Assembly (NCBI GenBank): GCA_965178125.1
Contig: OZ237741.1
Coordinates: forward strand, 682,001 to 746,000
DNA length: 64,000 nt
Direction: 5' to 3'
Origin: Bilabrum cf. latius
Lineage: Eukaryota
Shown here: one piece after another, positions 13,136 to 26,106 of the stretch
Layout: every line of letters starts with the position of its first letter
Numbering within the stretch: position 1 is the stretch's first letter
The notes under the pieces: model-generated
Databases searched by the model: none
What the model was told of the DNA's origin: nothing
Seen by the model: only the letters and a program-made list of their open reading frames with translations
Made by a program: the position numbers and the translations under genes

Positions 13136-16041
13136 GGAGGCCCCGAAGCGCTCGCGACGGCGCAGAAGGCGGAAGCAATCGGAAGCCGAGGGAGCAGCAG
13201 CGGCAAAGAAAGGCACCAATCCGGATGAGCCGTACTCCTTTGATGCAGGCCATGAGCAAAAAGTGCTGGAAGCGGCCCAGCTTGAGGATGACAAGGCAGT
13301 CTAGCAGCTTTCGTAGGAGGACGTGGCCCGGGCACTCAAGGCAATGTTTGATGCTGGTCTTGACTACGACGATCCATATGAAGTGATCAAATTCATTAAG
13401 GTGAGACGACTGTTACCTTGAAATGTTTTCTTTGTCGGGCCGGAAATCGAGGCTTGGCGGTTCTTCTGGGTGGCAATGTTCCGCTTTTAATAGCAACATC
13501 TTGCTCCTTGCGACGCAGGGAAATTCCGCTGGAGCCGCCGCAGGATCCGCCGAGCGTAGTGGTGACCCTGGGTGGAAGGGTGGAAGCGCCCCGAGGACCT
13601 CGAAGGGCCGGTCCGCATCGAAGGAAGCTGCGCCCACGGCTACCCCAACCCAAGCCCCAGCCGCCGCCCAGGCACCGGCGGCGAAGGCGCAGTCCGACAG
13701 GCAGGTGGAGCCCCGCTCCACCCCCTCCACTGCACCAGCTGCGGCCCGTCCCGCGGCAAGGACGAGCCAAGCGACCGCCACGCCCTCCCCAGCGCCCGCC
13801 TCGGCGCCCTCCGCGTCTGCCTCCGCTTCCGCTTCCGCCCCCGTGGACGATTGGGACGAGCAGGCGGGTCGCTTGGAGCAGGTAGCCGTCATGGACAACC
13901 TGCCTAGGGTGCTAGAGTCCCTGCAGAAATGGGCCAAGAGCCGCGCCACCAGCCGCCTCCCGACGGAGGTCTTCTTCGGAAGCGACGCGTGCCGGCTGCT
14001 CCTTGCCACGTACATGCGGGCGGGGCCGGCCCCCAGCACGGACAAGGACCTGGCTGCCACAATCGCCGGGATCCTGGCCGCCGATGTGGGTGCGGGTCTG
14101 GATCGCGCGGCTCAGCAGGCGGCCGCTCGGTTGTCCATGGATGGTGCCACGCAGGCCGCCAGGGCCGTGCGCGCCTCGATGGATGCAGTGCGGCCCCTCC
14201 TGCAGACGGTTTCGGCCAGGAAGTAGGAGGTGGAGGCGGAGGGTGGCGCGGCGGCGGGTGCCTCCAAGGCCGCGCTGGACGCCGTGCTGGCCGCGAGCGC
14301 GGGCATGCTGGACGCGAGCGCCGGGTCCGTGGCCGACACGCTGTACGCGTTTAGGGACAAGTCAATCGGGATGGGCGCCGTGTCGGGCGTGGTGGGGGAC
14401 GCGGAGGTGGAGCTGCGCCGGGCGGGAGGAGCCCTCAAGCGGCTGGGCCTCGATCCCTCCCGGGGGCCCGCTGCCTGCCTGCAGGGCGCCTCGAGCGTGA
14501 GGGTCCTGGTGGCGAGGAGGGAGGCCCTCAAGCTGGCGGCCAGCGGGCACCAGGCCAAGGCCGTGGCCATTTAGGCTGCAGCGGGGGCGGCCAGCACCAG
14601 CGCGGCGGCGTCTGGCGGGGCGGCGTCAGGGGCAGGTGCTTCTGATGCTGTGTCGAGCGGGTATGCGACTGCAGAGGTGCGTGAGGCCCTGAGCCAGGCG
14701 TGCGATGCCGTCAAAGTGGCAGGCAGGGGCAAGGGCGGCATGCCAGGCCCGGCCGCAGGCAAGGCCCAGGCCAGGGAGGAGGCGGCTCGTGCAGAGATGG
14801 ACGGGCTGAGGAAGAGCCTGGAGCTGGAGCTGGACCCCCACCGCAAGAAGAGTCAGGACGCCGCGGGGCAGCTCAAGGACCTGAGGACCAGGAAGGCGCA
14901 GCTGGAGGCAGAGCTGGCGCAGGTGAATGCAGACCTCGAGAAGCAGGAGGCGCGGCTGCACGAGGCGGAGGAGAAGATGGATCGCGTGGGCAAGCGCTTC
15001 ATGGGCATGCTTCGCGAGAAGGAGAAGCAGCACAGGGGGCTTGCTCTCCAGACCCACCAGCAGGACGCCCCCGACAAGGTGGGCAAGGCAGCGGAGGACC
15101 TCGCCGGCTCGCTGGCAGAGCGGGTGCAGTCCGAGGCGACGGGCAGGCACGCCGCCCTCATCGAGACCCTGCCCACTGCCAGGCTGGCCTTTCTGGAGAG
15201 CGCGGCGTGTGCCCTCCTCGCAGATGCAGCGGCCCTGTCGGCCCTCACCGCCGCCCTGGCGCCCAGCCGGGCCCAAGCCGCGGCCCTGCGCCAAAAGGTG
15301 CAGCGGTACAGGCGGGCCGATCTGGGGGACGTGGTTGCGACGATCGAGGAGGACCTCGAGGCCATGGTCCGACAGCTGCAGGCCAGCGAGCAGGTGCTGG
15401 AGGACTGCTCCAGCCACGCGGAGAGGTGCTTTGCTGCGGTGCAGGCCACTGCCAACGGGCCCATCGCGGGGAAGGAGGGTGCGGTGCCGCTGACGCCCAG
15501 GGAGGTGGCGCTCTGCACCGCGTGCAAGCAGGCTGCATCGGAGGCGGGGGTGTCCGCTGCAGGGGAGTGGGCGTGTCCCGAGGCAGACGCAGGCGAGCTG
15601 GCAGGTCTAGTGACGGAGGGAGGTGTCTCGGCTGTGCTGGAGCAGCTTCAGGCTGGGGGTGGGAAGGGGGAGGCCTCGGATGAGCCGGGCGCTGCTGGGG
15701 CGGCTCCTGGTGCTGGAGCTAGCGGGGCAGTCGGCGATTCGGGGGCCGAAGCAGTAGCAGCAGCACCTGCCGCTGGTGCGCAGGGGGCAGGGAACGGGGC
15801 GGCGGGCGGGCGCAAGGTAGAGGGGAAGGGAAGGGGAAAGAGCGCATCCCGACCGGCAGCCACTGCCACCGGTGGTGTGCTGAAGCCCGCAGCGCAGGGC
15901 GCGGTAGGGATCCGTTGGGGCAAGCCTGCGGCGAGGGCTCCAGTGGCTGACATCGCTAGTCTGGCTGCCGGCGATGCCGATCCGACGGCTGCTGGCGCAG
16001 GTGCTTCTGAGAGCAAGTCCAAGGAAGAGGACGAGGATTGA
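13136..16041 (+). CDS. Uncharacterised Ala-rich coiled-coil protein (~930 aa or more; exons about 13136-13400 and 13519-16041; first exon unresolved, perhaps ATG 12910)
   Basis: ORFs 13101..13304, 13423..14226, 14230..14574 and 14650..16041 join via TAGs (13302, 13314, 14224, 14572) and a phase-0 intron 13401-13518 (GTGAGA...GCAG). Strong GC3 bias; coiled coil at about 14780-15050; ends at TGA. Confidence 0.7.
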
Positions 16042-16355
16042 TGGCGTTCTTGCTGCGATTGCCTTTTGTGGGGGCATTGCAAGCGCCCTCTATAGAGTTT
16101 GGCCCGGCTGCGTTTGACGTGGTGAGGCTGACGCGGCTGCCCAGTTGCAGCCGCTCTGCCCGCGGTACCCCGCCATTCGCGCTAGCCTACCTCTCGTATC
16201 GCTGGGCACGTCGTCTGACCTGCTCGTTGTAAACAACAAGAATTCTATTTTCACTTGTTTCGTTCTGCTCCCCACCCGGATCCTAGGTCACTGCGCATGA
16301 CTGAAGAAGTGTGTGATGTATTCTGCGGCCACATCCAGAGTGAGCCACGATCGGA

Positions 16356-18362
16356 TCATTCAAACATCTCATCATCATCATCTCCGTCGTCGTCATCGCC
16401 CCCTTGGTACGAGTATAGCTGCGCAGATGTCGATTCGCCAGCACCGCTTGGATCTTCGTCAGCTGGTTGCCCAGCTGCAGCGGAAGATGCTGCATCCTCG
16501 GTGCCTCCGGCAGAAAACATCGCCGCCCCAAATGGAGCTTCGTCCTAAGTGACCGATTCCGACGCGGTGCTTCCCGCGAATGCCGACTTAGCGGCCTCCT
16601 CGTGCTCGTTTGAGCCACGGTCTTGCTCCATGCTCTGCTGCCCAGCCCCGCTGCTCACCCCTGCGTGATCCTCCCCGGCAGATGCGGACTCGTACACGCC
16701 ATCGATCTCACCCTGCTTGCTTTCTTGCATGGCCCCTGCTTCACCTTGCCCCTCCCCCTCTTGTTCCTCGTGCACCACAAGCTCTGCTTTCATGCTCTCG
16801 TCATAGGCTTCAACACCGCCGCCCTCCCAGCTCCCGTCCGCACGCAGGCAAAGCACGTGATCCGGATAAATGTATTCTCTCTCCTTCAGCTGCGGCACTC
16901 GTAGCGGATCCAGTACCTGTGGCGCGGGCCGGATGGAGATGGGCAGCCCAGCATCACGCCGGAAGCAAAAGGCTCTGTACAATCCAGCCACCTCCCACTC
17001 GTGCTCGCCCAGCTGTCCTTCTCCGTCGAACACACCCATGCGAGACAGGAGATCCCTGTACTTGCCCGGCCCCTTCCCATGCCTGTCAAAGAAATCGTGG
17101 AAGTTCTCATTCAGCACCGGCACAAGCCCGCACGACCTGCACATACGCTCTAGTAGAGCAGGGGGGCACAGGTACTCCCGCACGCGCTCCACGCTCTCCG
17201 TCAAGAAGAACTCGTAGCCGCATCCGAAAGGATTCTTCCCCAGCGCATACTGCCTTGCCAAATCTCGCCTGCCCATCGTGATGCTAAACAGCGGGTTTCC
17301 CACAGTCACGGCGCGGAGACTGGCGTCGTGCGCGGCGGCAACTGCGGAACCACCCCCGAGCTCCATCTCCCGACCATCGATGGTGGCTTTCACCGGGGGT
17401 GCCTTGCCATGGTCAAGGAACAGCCTCTTGTCGTCCGCTGGGGAGGCAGAGGAGGCCGCGGTGGAGGAGGACCCCGTGGCTGCTGCTGCCTAGCCAGTTG
17501 GTGACCCTGCCGCGCGGAGCACTCGCAGCGGATCCTTGTCCTTGGGATCTGCGGGCGCACCTCGTCGGCGCACCCTAGCGTGCTCCTCGCGAAGCAGGCG
17601 CACGATAACGTCGGCGTCAATCATCGTGCCAACAAATACGCCGCCAGGGGCAAGCCTGCCGGCTAAGTTACGAAAGAACTGCAGCGCGATTGCCTCGGAC
17701 TGAAATAGATAGTGCAAGGCAAACTGAATCGAGACGGCATCAAACTCTTCCTCCTGTTGGACTGCGGGAGATGTGGCCAAATCGCACACGCCGAGGTCTG
17801 CTTCGACCAACCTTGCACGAATCTTGCTTGTGGCTCCCCCATTCAGCTCATTCAGCCTGTCCACAGCCCTAAGTACCTGCTACTTTGATATGTCTACTCC
17901 ACAATACCGCGTGACGCCAGCAATTTTCCATTTTCGAATATCACCAAGTTTGCCACACGCTAAATCTAGGACCCTGGTGCATGGCTTCGGAACTGAATTG
18001 TCTATGAGGACACTCTTCACCCAATTCTAAAACGCCAATAGGTACTTGATTTTGCTTTGAGCTCGCTCCTCCTTCTTCCTTTCCGGCTACGCATCGTATG
18101 CCGATGCTACTTTGGCTGCAGAGACGGTGCCGGCCGCAACGCCAACTCGAGCTCGCTTTGCGCTTGGCTGAGATGGATCCACAGATGAGGAAGCTTCCAG
18201 TGATCCCGTTTTTTTATTGCTCGCTACACTGCCAGAGGCACTGCTTGCAAACTGTCCAGGATGAACCCACTGCCGCTTGCCAGTAGCTGCGTGAAAATAA
18301 AAAGTCCTGCCAGTTCTAGAACTCGTATGGGATGTCCATCCAGCAGGCAGCTCTGCTTGCAT
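16356..18362 (-). CDS. RNMT: mRNA cap guanine-N7 methyltransferase with N-terminal WW domain (~668 aa, single exon)
   Basis: WW domain [35 protein letters not shown] motifs [82 protein letters not shown]. TAGs at 18087, 18027, 17880, 17490, 16545; ends at TGA 16356. Confidence 0.92.
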
Positions 18363-18959
18363 GTTTGGGGCTAGGAAGAGGGAGGTTTTGCGGGCAACAA
18401 ACCATAGGCCTAGATCGGCGAGCGTGTAAAGGCTCCGAGTTATGGCAGCCACCAAGCAGGTTTGGTTCTGGTGTTGGGTGTGTCTCGTGTGTGTCAGCCG
18501 ATCCCCGGACGAGAGGCGTCGGTGTAGCTAGCAAGAAGAGCATGCCCTCGCCGGCTGTAGGACCCCCCCTGGGCGGGCCGCCCCTCTAAAACTATTAGCA
18601 GCTAGCCTGAGTGAATGTGGCTGCGTTCTACGCAAGATCGAAAACTTGAAATCTGTGTGATTTGTCGCATCTGTGTCGTCAGACATTGGGATTGATATCT
18701 GTGAGACGGCAGTGAGGATCCACTTGGGAGGGATACAGCAGCACAGTACAGGCGACTGGGACCCTGACCGCGGTACCAGACGCGTGGCGGGGGCGACAGC
18801 GGGGCATCAACGGGCCCGAGCCAGCCAGTAGGGCTTGGGAGCGTCTCGACCCAAGGGGGTGGGAAGGCTGTGCGGCCGAGTGGATTCCAGACCACGATTC
18901 CGCAAGACTTAGCGAGGGTGTGTACGGTGACTCGGGACTCACGTTGGTGTTGGAGCATT

Positions 18960-20900
18960 ACTTTATGATCACTCCCAAATCTACAAAGCCAGAAGGACAG
19001 TTAGAAATCGATGACGATTCTTGGGAGAATCAAGTTTTGTTATCCCTTCGTTATCATCGGATAAGAAGCATCCATCGATTGGATATAGATTGACTGAATT
19101 GTATCTTATCTCCCTGTCATCTGGTCAATACATATACAGAATATACTCTACCCTTACCCAGGCTTTCTTGGTCAAGTGGGCCGACCATATATCCGAAAAC
19201 AAGAGCTGCAACTCAAAACTAAACGTGCAGTCATTAGTTGGTAGACCAATAGATTGCCTATACAATTGCACTATGCGGATAAACAGGTGTCCAGCTAAAG
19301 TTGAGTTGCGATGCAATCAAGCATGAGTTGGTACTGGACCTAAAATGCAGCCACAAGCCTCCAAACAAACCAGTATTGAATATATGTAATTGGGCACAAT
19401 GAAGGTGATCGACATGGTTTCCACGTTCGAGCATGTATGAGGCAGACTGCACATGCGGGACGAAGAGCATGGCTTCTCTAACACTTTCGGCTGGAAGCTT
19501 CGATCTTCCGCACGTGATGTTCGCATCTATCACTGAAAATGATAACAAATTAAAAATTAGTGTTACATACAACAACACGAAACTTTTCGCGCATTTGCAC
19601 GAACATTTTAGCAGTCCGTGCAGTGACTTTTGCGTTGTGCGACGTGTATATCTACCCTGATCTCGATCGACCAAACCTGTTGTTCTTAAACGCCTTGTGG
19701 GTGTTGCCGCAAAACACACGTGGAAGACTATCAACAGGAAAGGCACTCGGACTAGGACATACAATGAGTGGGGTTTTCTACTTGCAACACGATTTTTCTC
19801 GGGAGCTTCGATTATTTGTACAAATGATACATACACAACAGAGTTTCATGCTCGAAAATCCTTAATGTACTCCATATGTAATGTCTATTGTTGACTTAAA
19901 CTCTGCTGCTAATCAATGAGTACTCATTCTACATGTAAACGGCCACATCACCAACCAATGTTGTTGATTCCATCCCTCACAGAGTTCCGCTTCGGAGTAG
20001 ATCCAAGGTCAGGTACCTGTGTATTACGTCATCAGTGGGAAGAGTTCCATCATCGGTGCCTCCCTGTCTATTCCAAACCCCAATATGACCTGCTGTCTTT
20101 TCATAAATTGATATCAATATGAAGTCCACTCAGCTTCCAAACCACTCTCTCAGAATTCTAGTTCCACCATGCATTACAATAGAACATCTTGTTTAAATGA
20201 CACCTTTCGGTTGACTCAATCTACCTTTGTAGCGACATCATGAGCGGGCATTTGACAGCTAGTAAATCCTTTGCTGATACCTCTAGAAACTAAAAGAGTC
20301 CTACAAGGCATTTCATTTCGAACTGACTGCTAGTCAAAATAAGGAGAGCAAAGTTGCAAGCATAGCCGCAATTACTCATTGTTTGACCAAGTATCTGTGT
20401 ATTCTGTCCGTGATACACTTCAAAACACAATATCATACGAGACCGTTTGCTTTGAGTACTCCGGCCACCACACCAAGTAAAAAAAATCGAGCCTTGAATC
20501 GTAGAACCAGAATTGGAAATACAATACAGAATCTGACAAACGACCGACATTATGAGTAGTCTTCCCTTGTTTTGCACAGCCAAAATGGTATTACTGCAAT
20601 TGTAAATACTTGCAACAGAATGCTTTCAGAAGCACTGCTCTATTTGAATCAGCTCCTGTACTTTACCAAATGACAGAACTGACGTTTTATTCTTTCTTCG
20701 ATTCCTTTTGTTCATAGACATGACTTGCAACTAGAAGCATCATAACATGAAATATTCGGCAGACTTCACTTGGATCGTTACTCCATTGAAATGACTCGTA
20801 GGTAGCAAATATACACATGTATTAGCTACTGCATGGGCTTGTTGCTATATTTAAGCCATGGTCTGAATGCTACATGCGCTTATGACTGCTTCGCAGATGC
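18960..20900. other. AT-enriched island without an intact ORF
   Basis: Visibly lower GC than the flanking genes. The frames I examined contain TAA/TGA stops even with TAG read through; no recognisable domain. Confidence 0.55.
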
Positions 20901-21432
20901 ACCTGCCAGCTCGTCGTCTTACCCACACAGCTATGTAAGCTAGTTGGTACGCGGCAAAAATGCCCTCGATTGATCGGATCGGTGCGGCCCTCGTGGCTAT
21001 CGGTGTTGCGTACCAGCCATTGCTTCCGTATGCCGTTAGACCAGATCGCTACACCACCACTTATTAAAGACTTGCCTGCCTTTGTTGTACATGGGTGTGC
21101 ATGCCTGCACCGCGCCGGTGGGCAGCTGCGTCGGGCACAGCCGCGAGAGGCTTGCGACTGGTTCCGCTGTTCGCTACCGCGCAAGAACATGAACACTGCG
21201 CACGTAGCACTCCCAACAGATAACCAAAAGTGAGAGTTCCTCTGGATGATGCAATTGTAGTATTGAGTATGAATGATCTGCACCGATGGTCGCTGTATGC
21301 CTGGAAGCTTGTGGAGCGCATGATGCGGGAAGATTTGTATCTTCCCTCCACCCATTTGCCCCTCAAATTCAAATATTTACCGGTAATGCACCGTAGAGCC
21401 TCCCCCAATCCCTTACATTCAGTAATTGCAGA

Positions 21433-23765
21433 ATGTCTGGCTCTAGTAAGGCAGCACCAGAGGGCGCCGTAGAGGGCGTTGTGGGCGATTTCAACCCTAG
21501 CCTGATCGGTGGCGAGGAGGTGAAGCTGTCCGGAAAGGCCTTGGATTCCGGCGAGTCCGAAGACGTTGAAGTGTTTCGAGTGCGCTCGAAGCTGTACCGC
21601 TTTGCTACGGATGTTCTTGGAAAGGAGGGGCTGCAGGAGCGCGCTCTCGGCGACATCAGGCTCACCCGCCACAACTAGTCCGGAAAGTTCAGGCTCCTCA
21701 TGCGCGAAGAGAAGATGGGGTACGTGCGCCTCAATATGTTTGTAGACCCGTCTCAGGATATCGTGAGTCTCGACCCACGCTGCTATCTCGCAGAGACGCT
21801 CGCGTATTGACCTCGGCAGGCCGAACTGCAACTGCTCGGTGCGCCTTTGTTTTCATTCTCTGCCCGCAGTCGCCCCACCCTAGCAAGGAAACACTTCTGA
21901 TCTTTGGTGGTAACGATTTCTCTGACGCGAACGAACGCGGCGAAGCAGAGGCGGAGGCCCACACCTTTGGCCTTCGCGTCAAGACAGCCGATTTTGCCAA
22001 GGCCTTCACCAATGCATACAACAAGGCCAGGGAGGCAAACACATCCATCGACGGCGGCGCTGCCCCCGAGTCCACCAAGAACGCCTTTGATGGGTTCCCC
22101 AAGACTGTGGGAGCCCCGGCCGCCGCCGCTGCCGGCGGTGCCGCTGCCGGTGGTGCCGGTAGCAGCGGGCCCGCCTCTGGGGCCGGGGCCCCCTCCCCGG
22201 CAGCAGCTGCCCCTGCCCCCGCCCCACCGGCCATCGAGTCGCAGCCGGTACCCGAGTTCGAGGGCGACCTGTCGAAGATCTACCCCGGCGAGGAGGAGAG
22301 CGCCGGCAAGAGGTACGCTGACGTGTCCGCCAAGTTCGCAGAGAAGTACGGGGCGCCCCCCGCTTTCTTCGTGCGCGCCCCCGGCCGCGTGAACGTGATC
22401 GGGGAGCACGTGGACTACCACATGTACCCCGTGCTGCCCTTCGCCGTGAAGTACGACATCATGGTGGCGGTCGGGTTCCGGGAGGACGGCGAGGGAACAG
22501 TCAAGGTGGCCAACACGGTGTCTTCCTATGACGACGGGGAGTTCCCCGCGGAGCCCATCGTGGGCAAGGACGCGGATGGCAAGACCAAGATGGTGCGCAA
22601 GGAGGGCGACGAGGCCCACTGGTGGCACTACGTGCAGTGCGGGCAGTCTGGCGCCTTCGAGGCCGCTCAGGGCAAGGGGTCTTCCCCTGCCCCACGGGGT
22701 CTCAACCTCATGGTGCACGGGAACGTGCCAGTGGCGGGGGGCCTGTCTTCTTCCTCTGCTCTGGTGGTCGCCTCCACCCTGGCCTTCGCGCGGGCCCATG
22801 ACGTGAGTCTCACAACCACGGAGCTGGGGCACGCTGCATGGCAGTGCGAGGCCAAGGTAGGCACGATGGGCGGGGGCATGGACCAGGCCATCAGCGCCAT
22901 GGGGCAGGAGGGCAAGGTCGTGCGCGTGTCCTTCCACCCAGAGCTCCAGGGCCACGCCGTGCCCATGCCCGGCAGCCCCGTGTTCGTGGTCGCCAACAGC
23001 AACGTGCAGTCCGCCAAGGCCGAGTCAGCAGACTACTACTACAACCGGAGGGTCACGGAGAGCAAGATGGCAGCCAAGCTGGCGGCCAAGGCCAAGGGCA
23101 TCGAGGGCTGGAAGGAGGTCTCTGACATGAGGGACCTGCAGGAGAAGCTGTCGGCGGGCAGCCCGCAGGACCTGGTGCCCGTCCTCGAGGAGACGCTCTC
23201 CTCGGAGGGATACAGCGTGGAGGACCTCAAGAAGGAGACGGGCGTGGAGTCGCCCGGCGAGCTCATGCAGGGCCAGGTGGACAGGGCCACCGCTGCACTC
23301 GGCAGCGTGTCCTCGCCCGATGCCAAGGAGCTCATGCTGCTGCAGCGCGCGAGGCACGTGGCTACCGAGTCTGGTCGGCTGCAGGCGTTCGTGGACACCT
23401 GCATGCGGGCGTCCGAGGCCGGGGATGGCAGCGCTGGTGTGACGAGTGAGCTCGGTCGGCTGATGAACGAGTCGCAGGCGTCCTGCCGTGACGACTTCGG
23501 CTGCTCGATCGACGAGCTGGACGAGATGTGCGGCGTGGCGAGGGAGGCGGGTGCTCTGGGCGCCAGGCTGACCGGCGCCGGGTGGGGCGGGTGCATCGTG
23601 GCCATGTGCGGCGATGCCGAGACTGCGGACGCTGTGCAGAAGGCGCTGCAGGAGAAGTACTACGGCAAGCAATCGGGCACTTCCCCCGAGGACGTGGAGC
23701 AGCTCATGTTCCAGTCCAAGCCGCTCGGTGGGGCGGCCATCTACGTGGAGGCGGACGATCTCTGA
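21433..23765 (+). CDS. Ran-binding domain (RanBP1-like) fused to galactokinase/GalNAc kinase (~741 aa; exons 21433-21762 and 21870-23765)
   Basis: RanBD: GESEDVEVFRVRSKLYRF...ERALGDIRL...[TAG 21676]SGKFRLLMREEK...DFSD...FGLRVKTADFAKAFTNAY. GHMP galactokinase: APGRVNVIGEHVDY, GNVPVAGGLSSSSA, GGMDQA, QRARHV, LMNESQASCRDDF, GARLTGAGWGGC. Phase-0 intron 21763-21869 (GTGAGT...GCAG); ends at TGA. Confidence 0.88.
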
Positions 23766-23942
23766 GCCAGCTCTAGACAACCCAGATCCAGGGGTCTGCG
23801 GTCCAGTGTCGTGCAATGCAATGCAGTACAGAACGAGGTTGGGTTTATGAGCAACAGAAGTATCTATCTGTACATGCATTCTGTGCAACTAGCAACAAAT
23901 CTTCTCCCCGCACCAAATCAGCTGTCCCCCACGCAGTCCGGC

Positions 23943-25757
<1,815 letters not shown>

Positions 25758-26106
25758 GGCTGCTACATCCGGCCATCGCTTTCCGAGAATCTTTGCAGTT
25801 GAGCGCTGTGGCTCGGCTGATGAGTTACGGTGCAGCAGCTAGCCCCCCAACACTAAACTGAGTGCTGGTAAAGCACTAATAAGGGCACCATGCATCATTC
25901 TTCGCATTCCCCTCATCACTATTGGTCTGCTAAAGGGGACCTGGGCAACCCAACCCAGGAAACCGAAAATGTGTAAAAGCTAAAATTAGCACGCTATAGA
26001 TGTTCGTCCGCCGAACTTTGAAAGCTCAGCCAGAATAGAGCAAGACAAAAACTTTTTCTGAGTTATTTGTCGTCTTATCCACATCAAGGAAGCATCTTCT
26101 ATTCGT

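Noticed and set aside
19258-19836. 192-aa ORF in the AT-rich island as a gene
   Set aside because: No motif and atypical composition; consistent with a chance ORF.
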